A stretch of DNA of 64,000 nt, taken from an uncultured Steroidobacteraceae bacterium. Lineage in GTDB: Bacteria > Pseudomonadota > Gammaproteobacteria > Steroidobacterales > Steroidobacteraceae. The DNA lies in contig CAZZVN010000008.1 in assembly GCA_964657625.1 (NCBI GenBank), positions 4,639 to 68,638 of the forward strand, written 5' to 3'. Both the position numbers and the translations under genes were made by a program. This document shows positions 16,883 through 24,940 of the stretch, one piece after another; position 1 is the stretch's first letter, and each line of letters begins with the position of its first letter. The notes beneath the pieces were generated by a model that was given only the letters and a program-made list of their open reading frames with translations, searched no databases and had not been told where the DNA came from.

Positions 16883-17566
16883 GTGTGGGGTCTGCCGGTG
16901 CCCCTCTTGAAAATCTTGCTGGTCGAAGACGATCGTATGATCGGCTGGTCGCTGCGACGCGGCCTGGCCGACGAGGGTTTCACGGTGGATTGGCTCGACG
17001 ATGGCGATGCAGCCGCGGTCATCTGTGCGGAACAAAGCTACGACGCAGCCATCCTCGACCTTGGGCTTCCCGGTCGGGATGGGCTGAAAGTGCTGGCCGA
17101 GCTGCGACATCAAGGCAACTCCCTGCCAATCGTGATCGTCACGGCGCGCGAATCGATATCCGACCGAATCAAAGGACTGAATGCGGGCGCGGACGACTAC
17201 GTGTGCAAGCCATTCGACTTCGACGAGTTGGTGGCAAGGCTGCGCGCGGTCATGCGACGACGGGCCGGCGTCGTCACGGAAGTGCTCGAATTTCGTGAGT
17301 TGAGCCTCAATCCCACCACACGCCGAGTGGCTCACCGGGGACGTCAAGTCGTGCTGTCCGCAAAGGAGTTCTCGCTGCTGGAGGCGCTGTTACAAAGACC
17401 GGGCGTGGTGATGACCCGCGAGCAGCTGCGCGACAAGCTTTACGGGTGGGACGGCGATGTCGGCAGCAACACGGTGGAGGTGTTCATACATTCGTTACGG
17501 CGAAAAATCGGCTACGAATACATCGAGAACGTCCGCAGCGTCGGTTACCGGATCCCCGCGCCGTGA
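16883..17566 (+). CDS. OmpR/PhoB-family response regulator
   Basis: LKILLVEDDRMIGWSL...AAILDLGLPGRDGL...IVIVTARES...GADDYVCKPFDFDEL, followed by a winged-helix output (LSAKEFSLLEALL...VEVFIHSLRRKIG..VRSVGYRI). The start is uncertain (GTG 16883, GTG 16898 or TTG 16907). Confidence 0.9.
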   Translation: MWGLPVPLLKILLVEDDRMIGWSLRRGLADEGFTVDWLDDGDAAAVICAEQSYDAAILDLGLPGRDGLKVLAELRHQGNSLPIVIVTARESISDRIKGLNAGADDYVCKPFDFDELVARLRAVMRRRAGVVTEVLEFRELSLNPTTRRVAHRGRQVVLSAKEFSLLEALLQRPGVVMTREQLRDKLYGWDGDVGSNTVEVFIHSLRRKIGYEYIENVRSVGYRIPAP

Positions 17567-18876
17567 AGTCGTTGCGGGCGCGACTGTTGCTTGGGTTGCT
17601 TGCCGGCGTGTTCGTCACGCAGGTGGCCCTCTATCTGTTCATCTATGCGCGCATCGAAGACGAGATCGATGACCTGTTCGATGCGGAATTGCAGCGCAGT
17701 GCGCTGAGCGCCGAGGCCAACGGGCGTCCTGCCGTCTCGCCCTTGCCCGATCGCAAAGTGGAAAACCCGCAGCAGGACATGATCGTGGCCACCTACCCTG
17801 AATCGGGTTCTGACGCAAACCCTCAGGACGCGCTGCTCGGGATCGTACGCAGCATTCCGCCCGGTTTCTCCAAGCGCATGCTTCACGACCGACAGTGGCG
17901 GCTGTTCACGGTGGTGGACGGGGGCAAACGAACCATCGCCGCACAACCGGCCGATATCCGGGACATCGCGGCGCGGAAAATCACGCTGCGCGCGCTGGGT
18001 CCGTCTCTGGCGGTGCTGCCCTTGTCGGCGGTGTTGATCTGGCTGGCCGTATCCTACGGGCTGCGGCCTCTGACCCGGATCACGCGTGCGTTGCGTGACC
18101 GTTCGCAACGCGATCTGTCGCCGTTGGAGGTGGCTGGCTTGCCACCGGATCTGCAACCGGTCGCCCTCGCGCTGAACGAATTGATGCATACCGTCGCACA
18201 GACCATCAGCAGACAGCGAACCTTCATTGCGGACGCCGCGCACGAGTTGCTGACGCCGCTCACGGCAATGAAACTTCAAAGCCAGATGCTGGCCCGCGCG
18301 AAAACCCCTGATCGCGTGCGGGAATCGATGGCCGAACTGCAGAACGGAATCTCACGAACCTTGCAACTCGCCCAAGGCCTGTTGACCCTGGCCCGCCACG
18401 AGAGCGAAGCAGACCTGCGCCATACCGAAACGTTCAATCTGTCGGAGGCCGTGCGCACCTCCCTGTCGATTCATGTTCCCTTGGCCGAGGAAAAACGGCT
18501 GCAGCTCGATATCGGCCGGTTCGACGACGTACTGGTCCGCGGCAACGCGGAAGCGAGCGCCATTCTCAGCTCGACCATCATCGACAACGCGGTGAAGTAC
18601 ACCGAGCGTGCGGGCCGGGTTCGCATCGGAATCCATGCACGTCCCCGCGCCGAATTACGCATCGAGGACTCGGGACCGGGAATTCCCGCGGAAGACCGGG
18701 AACGCGTATTCGATCGTTTCTATCGACGGCGCGATGCCCTGGCCGGTGGGAGTGGTCTGGGTCTGGCCATCGCCAAGGAAATTGCCGCACGTTGCCAGGC
18801 CACCATCGTGCTCGACAGTTCCGAGCAATTGGGCGGGCTGAAGGTCAGCGTCTATTTTGCGCCGGCCGCCGAATGA
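17563..18876 (+). CDS. Membrane sensor histidine kinase (partner of the OmpR-type regulator)
   Basis: GTGA overlap with the regulator's stop. Two TM segments flank a periplasmic loop. H-box FIADAAHELLTPLT. ATPase blocks IIDNAVKYT, DSGPGIP, GSGLGLAIAKEI. Confidence 0.9.
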   Translation: MKSLRARLLLGLLAGVFVTQVALYLFIYARIEDEIDDLFDAELQRSALSAEANGRPAVSPLPDRKVENPQQDMIVATYPESGSDANPQDALLGIVRSIPPGFSKRMLHDRQWRLFTVVDGGKRTIAAQPADIRDIAARKITLRALGPSLAVLPLSAVLIWLAVSYGLRPLTRITRALRDRSQRDLSPLEVAGLPPDLQPVALALNELMHTVAQTISRQRTFIADAAHELLTPLTAMKLQSQMLARAKTPDRVRESMAELQNGISRTLQLAQGLLTLARHESEADLRHTETFNLSEAVRTSLSIHVPLAEEKRLQLDIGRFDDVLVRGNAEASAILSSTIIDNAVKYTERAGRVRIGIHARPRAELRIEDSGPGIPAEDRERVFDRFYRRRDALAGGSGLGLAIAKEIAARCQATIVLDSSEQLGGLKVSVYFAPAAE

Positions 18877-19068
18877 CCGGCGGTGTTTCTACGCAGGTGG
18901 GTGACAAAAATGACTCGCCTCGGCGGTGCCTGCCGGGGTATCTTCGAGCTGCGCTTCTTAGCGTGCCGCTTTCTTAGGCGGCCTGGCGGCCCGGCGGTCG
19001 GATGCGCTGAGCCTTAAGGTGAACCATGTTCCATCCAGCCCTTCATTGGGAGGCATGCGTGCGCGCCA

Positions 19069-20520
19069 TCACGCCGCGGGGTCGGGGCTTTGCGCTTTGC
19101 CGCGAGGACGAAGCGGTCCGTACAGTGTGCTGCCGGCATCGTCGGGCAGGCGCACGTAGCCCCTGACGGAGACCAGGCTGACCACGGCCGCCGCCGCGAA
19201 CGCCCAGCGGAAATCCGCGGTTTGGAACTGCGTCGCGGCACTCTGCTCGCCGCCTCCGAGCGCCGCGGCGATGCGCAGGCACAGCGCGCCGAAGGCGATG
19301 CCCAGCCCGAGCGTCATCTGCTGCGCCACGCTCCACAAGGTACTCGCGCCGCCTTTGTGGGCATCGTCGATGTCGGCATAGGCGAGCGTCGCGAGCGTGG
19401 TGAACTGCAGCGAGCGCGACAGCCCGTACAGGAACAGCACCAAGAGCATCACCAGCAGCGGGGTTGTGGCGGTGAGCCACCCGCAGGCGAAGATGAACAT
19501 CGCAACGGCGATGCAGTTGATCCAGGCGACGCTGCGAAAGCCGCAGCGTCGCAGGATCGGGGTGGTGAACGCCTTCATGCCCAGGTTGCCCGTGGCGGTT
19601 GCGAGCAGCAGCAGCCCGGAGTGAAAGGCCGACAGGCCGAAGCCGATTTGAAACAGCAGCGGCGACAGATACGGCACCGCCTCGATGCCGATCCGGCTGA
19701 CCGACCCCCACACCACGCTTGCGGAATAGGTCTGGACGCGCAGCGGCTGCAGATCCAAAAGCGGATGTGCGGCGCGCCGAAAATGCCACAACGCTGCCAG
19801 TCCGACCAGGACACCGACCAGGATGAGCGCCGCTGCGCCGAGCACTCCGGCGTCCTGATGGCTGGCGCGCTCAGTGCCGTACATCACGCAGGTGAGAGAG
19901 GTGCCGCTCAGCAGGAAGCCGGGAACATCCAGCGGACGTTTCACCTCGTCGCGTTGATTGGGAACATAGGCACTGATCGCAAGCAGCGTCGCCAGGCCCA
20001 CGGGAACGTTGAGAAAGAAGGTCCAGCGCCAGGATGCGTACGTGGTGATGAAGCCGCCGAGCGTCGGCCCGATGACCGGCGCCGCGATGGCCGGCCAGGT
20101 GATGGTGGAAATGGCGTGCATCATCTGGCTCTTCGGCGTGTTGCGGACGACGATCATGCGGCCCACCGGCACCATCATCGCGCCCGCCAGGCCCTGCAGC
20201 ACGCGCGCGGCGGTGAAGGTCACCATACCCGTCGAAAATCCGCACAGCACGGAGGCCAGCACGAACATCAAAAGCGCAGTCGCGAACACCGTGCGCGAGC
20301 CGAGACGATCGGCCACCCAGCCGCTGACGGGGATGAACACGGCCAGCGTGAGCATGTAGGCGGTCATTCCCAGACTGACCTCGTTGGGCCCGACGCCGAA
20401 CGATTTCGCCATCTGCGGCAGCGCGGTGGCGATGATGGTCGTGTCCAGATACTCCATGAAAAACGCGGCGGCGACGATGAACGGGAGAACCGCGGTGCGG
20501 GTGATGAGGGGGGTAGACAC
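19069..20520 (-). CDS. MFS transporter, DHA2 (EmrB/QacA, 14-TMS) family
   Basis: FFMEYLDTTIIATALPQMA...GWVADRLGSRTVF...VLQGLAGAMMVPV are DHA2 motifs. The ORF is open up to 20829. GTG 20520 gives a normal short N-terminus and leaves 127 nt for the divergent promoters. ATG 20622 is an alternative. Confidence 0.8.
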   Translation of the reverse strand: MSTPLITRTAVLPFIVAAAFFMEYLDTTIIATALPQMAKSFGVGPNEVSLGMTAYMLTLAVFIPVSGWVADRLGSRTVFATALLMFVLASVLCGFSTGMVTFTAARVLQGLAGAMMVPVGRMIVVRNTPKSQMMHAISTITWPAIAAPVIGPTLGGFITTYASWRWTFFLNVPVGLATLLAISAYVPNQRDEVKRPLDVPGFLLSGTSLTCVMYGTERASHQDAGVLGAAALILVGVLVGLAALWHFRRAAHPLLDLQPLRVQTYSASVVWGSVSRIGIEAVPYLSPLLFQIGFGLSAFHSGLLLLATATGNLGMKAFTTPILRRCGFRSVAWINCIAVAMFIFACGWLTATTPLLVMLLVLFLYGLSRSLQFTTLATLAYADIDDAHKGGASTLWSVAQQMTLGLGIAFGALCLRIAAALGGGEQSAATQFQTADFRWAFAAAAVVSLVSVRGYVRLPDDAGSTLYGPLRPRGKAQSPDPAA

Positions 20521-20647
20521 GGGGAAGAATCTCGGTGACTTCACGAAGTGCCGGCAGCATGCCGCCGGGACCCGGCGAATGATACCTTGTGCCCCGACGG
20601 TATCGTCTGCATCATCGGTCATTACCCTGTAATCCGCGAGAAGTCCG

Positions 20648-21223
20648 ATGCCTGCCGAAGCCCTGGAAAAGACCTTCATATCGGCCGACTCGCTGCTGCG
20701 GGACTCGATCGAACTGGGATTGCGGGTGGTGCGCAGCGGCTTCCGGCCCTCGTTTCTGGTGGGCGTCTGGCGCGGCGGCGCCCCGGTCGGCATCGCCGTG
20801 CAGGAAATCCTCGAATTCAACGGCATCATTTGCGATCACATCTCGATCCGTACCTCCTCGTACGAAGGCATGGACCAGCAGGCACCCAAGGTTCGCGTAC
20901 ACGCGCTCGATTATCTGGTGTCGGTGCTCAATGCCGAAGACCGGCTGTTGTTGATCGACGACGTGTTCGACTCCGGTCGCAGCCTCGAAGCAGCCATTGC
21001 GGAGCTGCGCCGGCGCTGCCGCCGTAATCTGCCGCAGCAGATCCGCGTGGCGACGGCGTATTACAAGCCGGCCCGCAACCGCAGTTCTCTGGTGCCCGAC
21101 TATTACGTGCGTTCCACCGATCAATGGCTGGTGTTCCCGCACGAGATGGAGGGGCTCACCCGCGACGAAATCCTCGCGCACAAGCCGGTGGACGACTCCT
21201 TCTTCACGGCCCTGCAGAAATGA
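20648..21223 (+). CDS. Purine (hypoxanthine/xanthine-type) phosphoribosyltransferase-family protein
   Basis: Type I PRT fold: FLVGVWRGGAPVGIAV, PRPP loop RLLLIDDVFDSGRSL, and C-terminal WLVFPHE. Confidence 0.75.
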   Translation: MPAEALEKTFISADSLLRDSIELGLRVVRSGFRPSFLVGVWRGGAPVGIAVQEILEFNGIICDHISIRTSSYEGMDQQAPKVRVHALDYLVSVLNAEDRLLLIDDVFDSGRSLEAAIAELRRRCRRNLPQQIRVATAYYKPARNRSSLVPDYYVRSTDQWLVFPHEMEGLTRDEILAHKPVDDSFFTALQK

Positions 21224-22299
21224 CGGCCGGGAGCTGTTTTCAGCGCCTGCGCGCGCCCGTTGCGGCCGTGCTGCTCGTCGCGACGCTGGCAGCGGATCCC
21301 GTGTGCGCGGCGCCGCCGGCCGCCCCGCCCATTGCGGTCAAGGTGGTGGTGGTGACGATGTTCGAGACCGGCAAGCTCACCGGCGACAAACCGGGCGAAG
21401 CGCAGCTGTGGGTGGAGCGGCAGAAGCTCGACCGTGTGCTGCCGTTCCCGCTCGGCGAATACGACCTGCGCATGAACGACGGCGGGCTGCTGCTCATCTG
21501 CACGGGCGGCGGCGTCACCAACTCGAGCACCTCCATCATGGCGCTCGGCCTCGACCCGCGCTTCGACCTGAGCCATGCCTACTGGGTGGTGGCGGGCATC
21601 GCGGGCGGCGACCCGCTCGACGTGTCGCTGGGCACGGCGGCGTGGGCCAGGCACGTGGTCGACGGCGACCTCTTGTACGAGATCGACGCCCGTGAACTCC
21701 CGGCGGACTGGCCGTACGGACTCCTGCCGCTCGGCGCGAAGAAACCGAACGACACGGCGAACGGCTGGACCGTGGACACGATTCACTACGAGCTCGATGC
21801 CGGTCTGGTCGCGTGGGCTTACGCGCTCACCAAGAATCACCCGGTGCCGGACAGCCCGGGCATCGCGGCTTTCCGACGGCAATTCGCCGGGTATCCTGCG
21901 GCGACGCGCCCACCCTTCGTCACCGTCGGTGATTCACTGTCCGCGAGCACGTACTGGCACGGCGAGCATCTGACCCAGTGGGCCAACGACTGGGTGAAAT
22001 TGCAAGCGGGCCGGGATGCCAATTTCATGATGTCCAACATGGAAGACAGCGGCACCTTGACGGCGCTGCGGCGGCTGTCGCGGGCGCACCGGGTGGACCT
22101 GAAGCGGGTGCTGGTGCTGCGTACCGCAAGCAACTACACCATGGCACCACCGGGCAAGAGCACGGCCTGGAGCACCACCGCGGAGTATCCCGAAGAGGGC
22201 ATGCCCGCCATCGAAGCGGCCTACCAGGTGGGAAATCGCGTGGTGCAGGCGCTGATCGAAGGCTGGGCGCATTACCGGGACGTGATGCCGGGCGGCTGA
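21220..22299 (+). CDS. NUP-family ('purine nucleoside permease') protein with signal peptide
   Basis: ATGA overlap with the PRT gene. Signal RLRAPVAAVLLVATLAADPVCA. VVVVTMFE...GEAQLW...LICTGGGVTNS...DPRFDLSHAYWVVAGIAGGDP...NMEDSGT...RVLVLRTASNY matches the NUP family as I remember it. Confidence 0.75.
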   Translation: MTAGSCFQRLRAPVAAVLLVATLAADPVCAAPPAAPPIAVKVVVVTMFETGKLTGDKPGEAQLWVERQKLDRVLPFPLGEYDLRMNDGGLLLICTGGGVTNSSTSIMALGLDPRFDLSHAYWVVAGIAGGDPLDVSLGTAAWARHVVDGDLLYEIDARELPADWPYGLLPLGAKKPNDTANGWTVDTIHYELDAGLVAWAYALTKNHPVPDSPGIAAFRRQFAGYPAATRPPFVTVGDSLSASTYWHGEHLTQWANDWVKLQAGRDANFMMSNMEDSGTLTALRRLSRAHRVDLKRVLVLRTASNYTMAPPGKSTAWSTTAEYPEEGMPAIEAAYQVGNRVVQALIEGWAHYRDVMPGG

Positions 22300-23729
22300 C
22301 ACAGCCGGTAGTGGGTGCACAAGAATCCGTAGCTCACCGGCTGGACTCCATCGAGCGCGGCCCAGCCCTTTTTCTTGAACGCCGCCACGAACGCGGCGAC
22401 GCGCCGCTCGTAGTCGGCGAGCAGTTTCTGTTTGGTCGGCGCATCGAGGAAGGAATACTGCAGCGAGTTGCGCCCGAGCATGACGATCTCCTCCCACGAT
22501 AGATTGAACTCGCGGGTGGCGACGAAGAACTCGTCGCTCATGTTCGAGTCCCACATGCCGCGGTCATCCGTCGACAGGGCCACCGGAATGCCGGTGCGCA
22601 GATATTCGGGGAAGGGATGCTGGGAGAAGCTGCTCACGTATTCGAGCAACAGGTTGCTGATCAGGTTGATCTCGACCAGGTAGGGACCGTATCGCATGCG
22701 CAGCATCGTGTCCGGATCCGTGATGAGATTGACGCCGTGGCCGATGCGTTGGGCACCGAGCAGCAAGGTGTCGCGGACGTGAAAGTTCGGCTCGTCGACC
22801 TCGCCGGCGTGGATGGACAGATTGATGTCGGGGTACTGGTGGCGCAGCTCGCGTAGCACCGGCAGGAAGCGCAGGGGATAGCCCTTGTCGTTGTCCTCGC
22901 GACCGACCATGTTGATGCCGACATACAGATCGCGGTAGCGGTCGGTGAGGGCGTACAGATCGCGCAGCCGTTGTTCGGCATGGGGCGTGAAACGCAGCAG
23001 GGCGTTCTGAAACCGTACCTCCACGCCGGTGGCTTTGGCCTGCGGTGAGGCGAGCGTCTGGCGGTAGAGCGCAGCCACCTCCGCCACGGGGAAGGGCGAC
23101 CCGTCGGGCTTCACCGCGCCGTCGACACCCTGCTGCGTCTCGAGATACACGAGCCCCTCGCGGCCGAAGGCCTGCATGTTGCGCAGCAAGACGTCGCAGA
23201 TCAGATACGGATTCAGGAGCAGATCGTTGATGCGGTCCCAGATGGCGTCGAAGAATTCGTTCCGACCCTCGTAGGGTTTGTCGAGGCGCAGGCTGTCGAG
23301 CCAGCCCTGCTTCTCCCGGGCGTCGAGATCCTGCAGGCGCTTGAACTCGGAGCGAGCGCACGGGTCGAGCTTGACGAAGCTGCTCTCCTGAATGTTCTTG
23401 AACAGCAGCAGCGCCTTCGCGCCGCCGAATTCGTCGTGGTCGTAGGGGGCGCAATTCTCGAAGCGTACGCGGGTGTAGTAGACGTAGCCGTGGGCGCCGG
23501 CGGCCAGCGCAGCGTCCCAGTACCATTCCGAGCGAACTGCGCCGGTCAGATGATTGTGCAGATCGCCGCCCTTGGGCAGGGCGTAGAGGAACCGGTACAG
23601 CTGCGCGGGCGTCGCGGTGGCCTTGACCGCCTCGAACCAGGGCTCGGCGGCGTGCGCCGCGGGCGCGATGAATTGCAGCGCGAAGGCGCAGACCGCGACG
23701 GCCCGGGCAACCACCCGCATCCCGCTCAT
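22272..23729 (-). CDS. Secreted adenosine deaminase, ADGF/ADA2 (CECR1)-like
   Basis: Signal MSGMRVVARAVAVCAFALQFIAPAAHA. Metal/catalytic motifs GGDLHNHL, NLSIHAGE, RIGHGV, ALSTDD. About 480 aa with the long N-terminal extension typical of ADGF rather than the Add type. ATGA overlap with the upstream gene. Confidence 0.8.
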   Translation of the reverse strand: MSGMRVVARAVAVCAFALQFIAPAAHAAEPWFEAVKATATPAQLYRFLYALPKGGDLHNHLTGAVRSEWYWDAALAAGAHGYVYYTRVRFENCAPYDHDEFGGAKALLLFKNIQESSFVKLDPCARSEFKRLQDLDAREKQGWLDSLRLDKPYEGRNEFFDAIWDRINDLLLNPYLICDVLLRNMQAFGREGLVYLETQQGVDGAVKPDGSPFPVAEVAALYRQTLASPQAKATGVEVRFQNALLRFTPHAEQRLRDLYALTDRYRDLYVGINMVGREDNDKGYPLRFLPVLRELRHQYPDINLSIHAGEVDEPNFHVRDTLLLGAQRIGHGVNLITDPDTMLRMRYGPYLVEINLISNLLLEYVSSFSQHPFPEYLRTGIPVALSTDDRGMWDSNMSDEFFVATREFNLSWEEIVMLGRNSLQYSFLDAPTKQKLLADYERRVAAFVAAFKKKGWAALDGVQPVSYGFLCTHYRLCQPPGITSR

Positions 23730-24940
23730 CGCGGCGGCGTCGGACGGGTCAGCAGCTCCATCGTCAGCGCCTCGAACTTCGGCACGTCGACGGCCATCAC
23801 CACCTCGACGGGCCGTTCGCCGAGACCGGGGCCTTCGCCTTTCGACCAGCTGAGGGTGTTGCCGTAGCCGGCGGTGAAGCTCGTGTCGACGTCGACCCCG
23901 AGCTCCACGCCACGGCTGACGATGCCGGGGTCGAGCCACACGGCCACAGCGAGTTCGTCCCACATCGGATAGGACTCGCCGAACTTGCCGAGGTAGGCGG
24001 CAAACGGCGTCTGCGCGTGGGCCGCGCGTTCGATCATCTGCGGCGTGAAGAACGTCCGGGTGGTCGGATCGACGGGCACCTCGGTGATCTTCTTCCACGG
24101 TTCGTGCAGCACGAGGGAGGCGGCCTCCGGATCCCAGCGCATGTTGAATTCGCGCCGCGGCGCGTTCGCATACTCGGCCGCGAAGGCGTTGTCGGCGGCG
24201 GTCGGATTGAAGCTGCCGCCCATGAACACCAGCTCCTTCGCCAGGCTGCTGAAGCGGGGGTCCAGTTTGGCGGCGAGGGCAATGTTCGTCAGCGGTCCGG
24301 CGGCGATGAGCGTGATCTCCCCCGGATGCGCCTCGACTTCGCGTACCAGGAAATTGGCAGCCGTTTCCGTCGACGGCCTGCCGTGCGGCGCGCCGTCGGG
24401 CGAGGGCGGTACGAGGTACGGATCGTCAGGATGAGGGGTACGCCGCACGATGCCCTGATCCGGCCAGCGCACCGTCCATGCACCCTTGTAGTACAGCTTG
24501 CCGTACAGCGCCTCCCAGGCCCGCGTGCGTGCGGCGGAATTGACCAGCGGCAGCACCGCGCCGGGGATCACGGGGATGTCGGTGCGGCCTGCGATTTCGA
24601 GCAGGCGCAACGTCTGGCTGACTTCCTCGTCGCGCCAGCCGTCGCCGCTGGTGATGGTGATGCCCAGCACCTCGACGTCGGGCGACTGCAGCAGCATCAG
24701 GATGGCCTGCATGTTCGAGCCGGCGGGTCCGAAGGCGTCCTGGTCGAGGATGACCCGGCGCCTGGCGGCGGCGGCGCCGGCTTTACGCGCATGGGCGGGG
24801 GCGGTGTCTGCGGCGGCGGGCGCGCCCGAGGTGGAGCTGGTTGCCGTGCCGGCTGCGCCCGCCGTGCCCTGCATCGCCATCACAGCCATCACAGCCATCA
24901 CCGCCAGCACGGCCAGCGCGCGCTGCCAGGACCGCGTCAT
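23726..24940 (-). CDS. Secreted nucleoside hydrolase (IUNH family, divergent Asp cluster)
   Basis: Signal MTRSWQRALAVLAVMAVMAVMAMQG, then an Ala/Thr/Ser linker. VILDQDAFGP...EVLGITITSGDGW...ITLIAAGPLTNIA...MRWDPEAA fits the IU-nucleoside hydrolase fold. The N-terminal DxDxxxDD motif is reduced to DQD. Confidence 0.7.
   Translation of the reverse strand: MTRSWQRALAVLAVMAVMAVMAMQGTAGAAGTATSSTSGAPAAADTAPAHARKAGAAAARRRVILDQDAFGPAGSNMQAILMLLQSPDVEVLGITITSGDGWRDEEVSQTLRLLEIAGRTDIPVIPGAVLPLVNSAARTRAWEALYGKLYYKGAWTVRWPDQGIVRRTPHPDDPYLVPPSPDGAPHGRPSTETAANFLVREVEAHPGEITLIAAGPLTNIALAAKLDPRFSSLAKELVFMGGSFNPTAADNAFAAEYANAPRREFNMRWDPEAASLVLHEPWKKITEVPVDPTTRTFFTPQMIERAAHAQTPFAAYLGKFGESYPMWDELAVAVWLDPGIVSRGVELGVDVDTSFTAGYGNTLSWSKGEGPGLGERPVEVVMAVDVPKFEALTMELLTRPTPPR
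24876..24902. repeat. 9-bp tandem repeat (GCCATCACA x2 plus GCCATCACC) inside the hydrolase signal peptide
   Basis: Read directly. It encodes AVM-AVM-AVM on the minus strand. Confidence 0.9.

Noticed and set aside
18877-19068. Convergent intergenic region between the sensor kinase and the DHA2 MFS. Checked for a tRNA, small RNA or terminator, including the CTTCTTAGCG / CTTTCTTAGGCG direct repeat.
   Set aside because: There is no T-loop or anticodon-arm-like structure. Only 4-bp stems are present, and the direct repeat is short and imperfect. Nothing is supportable.
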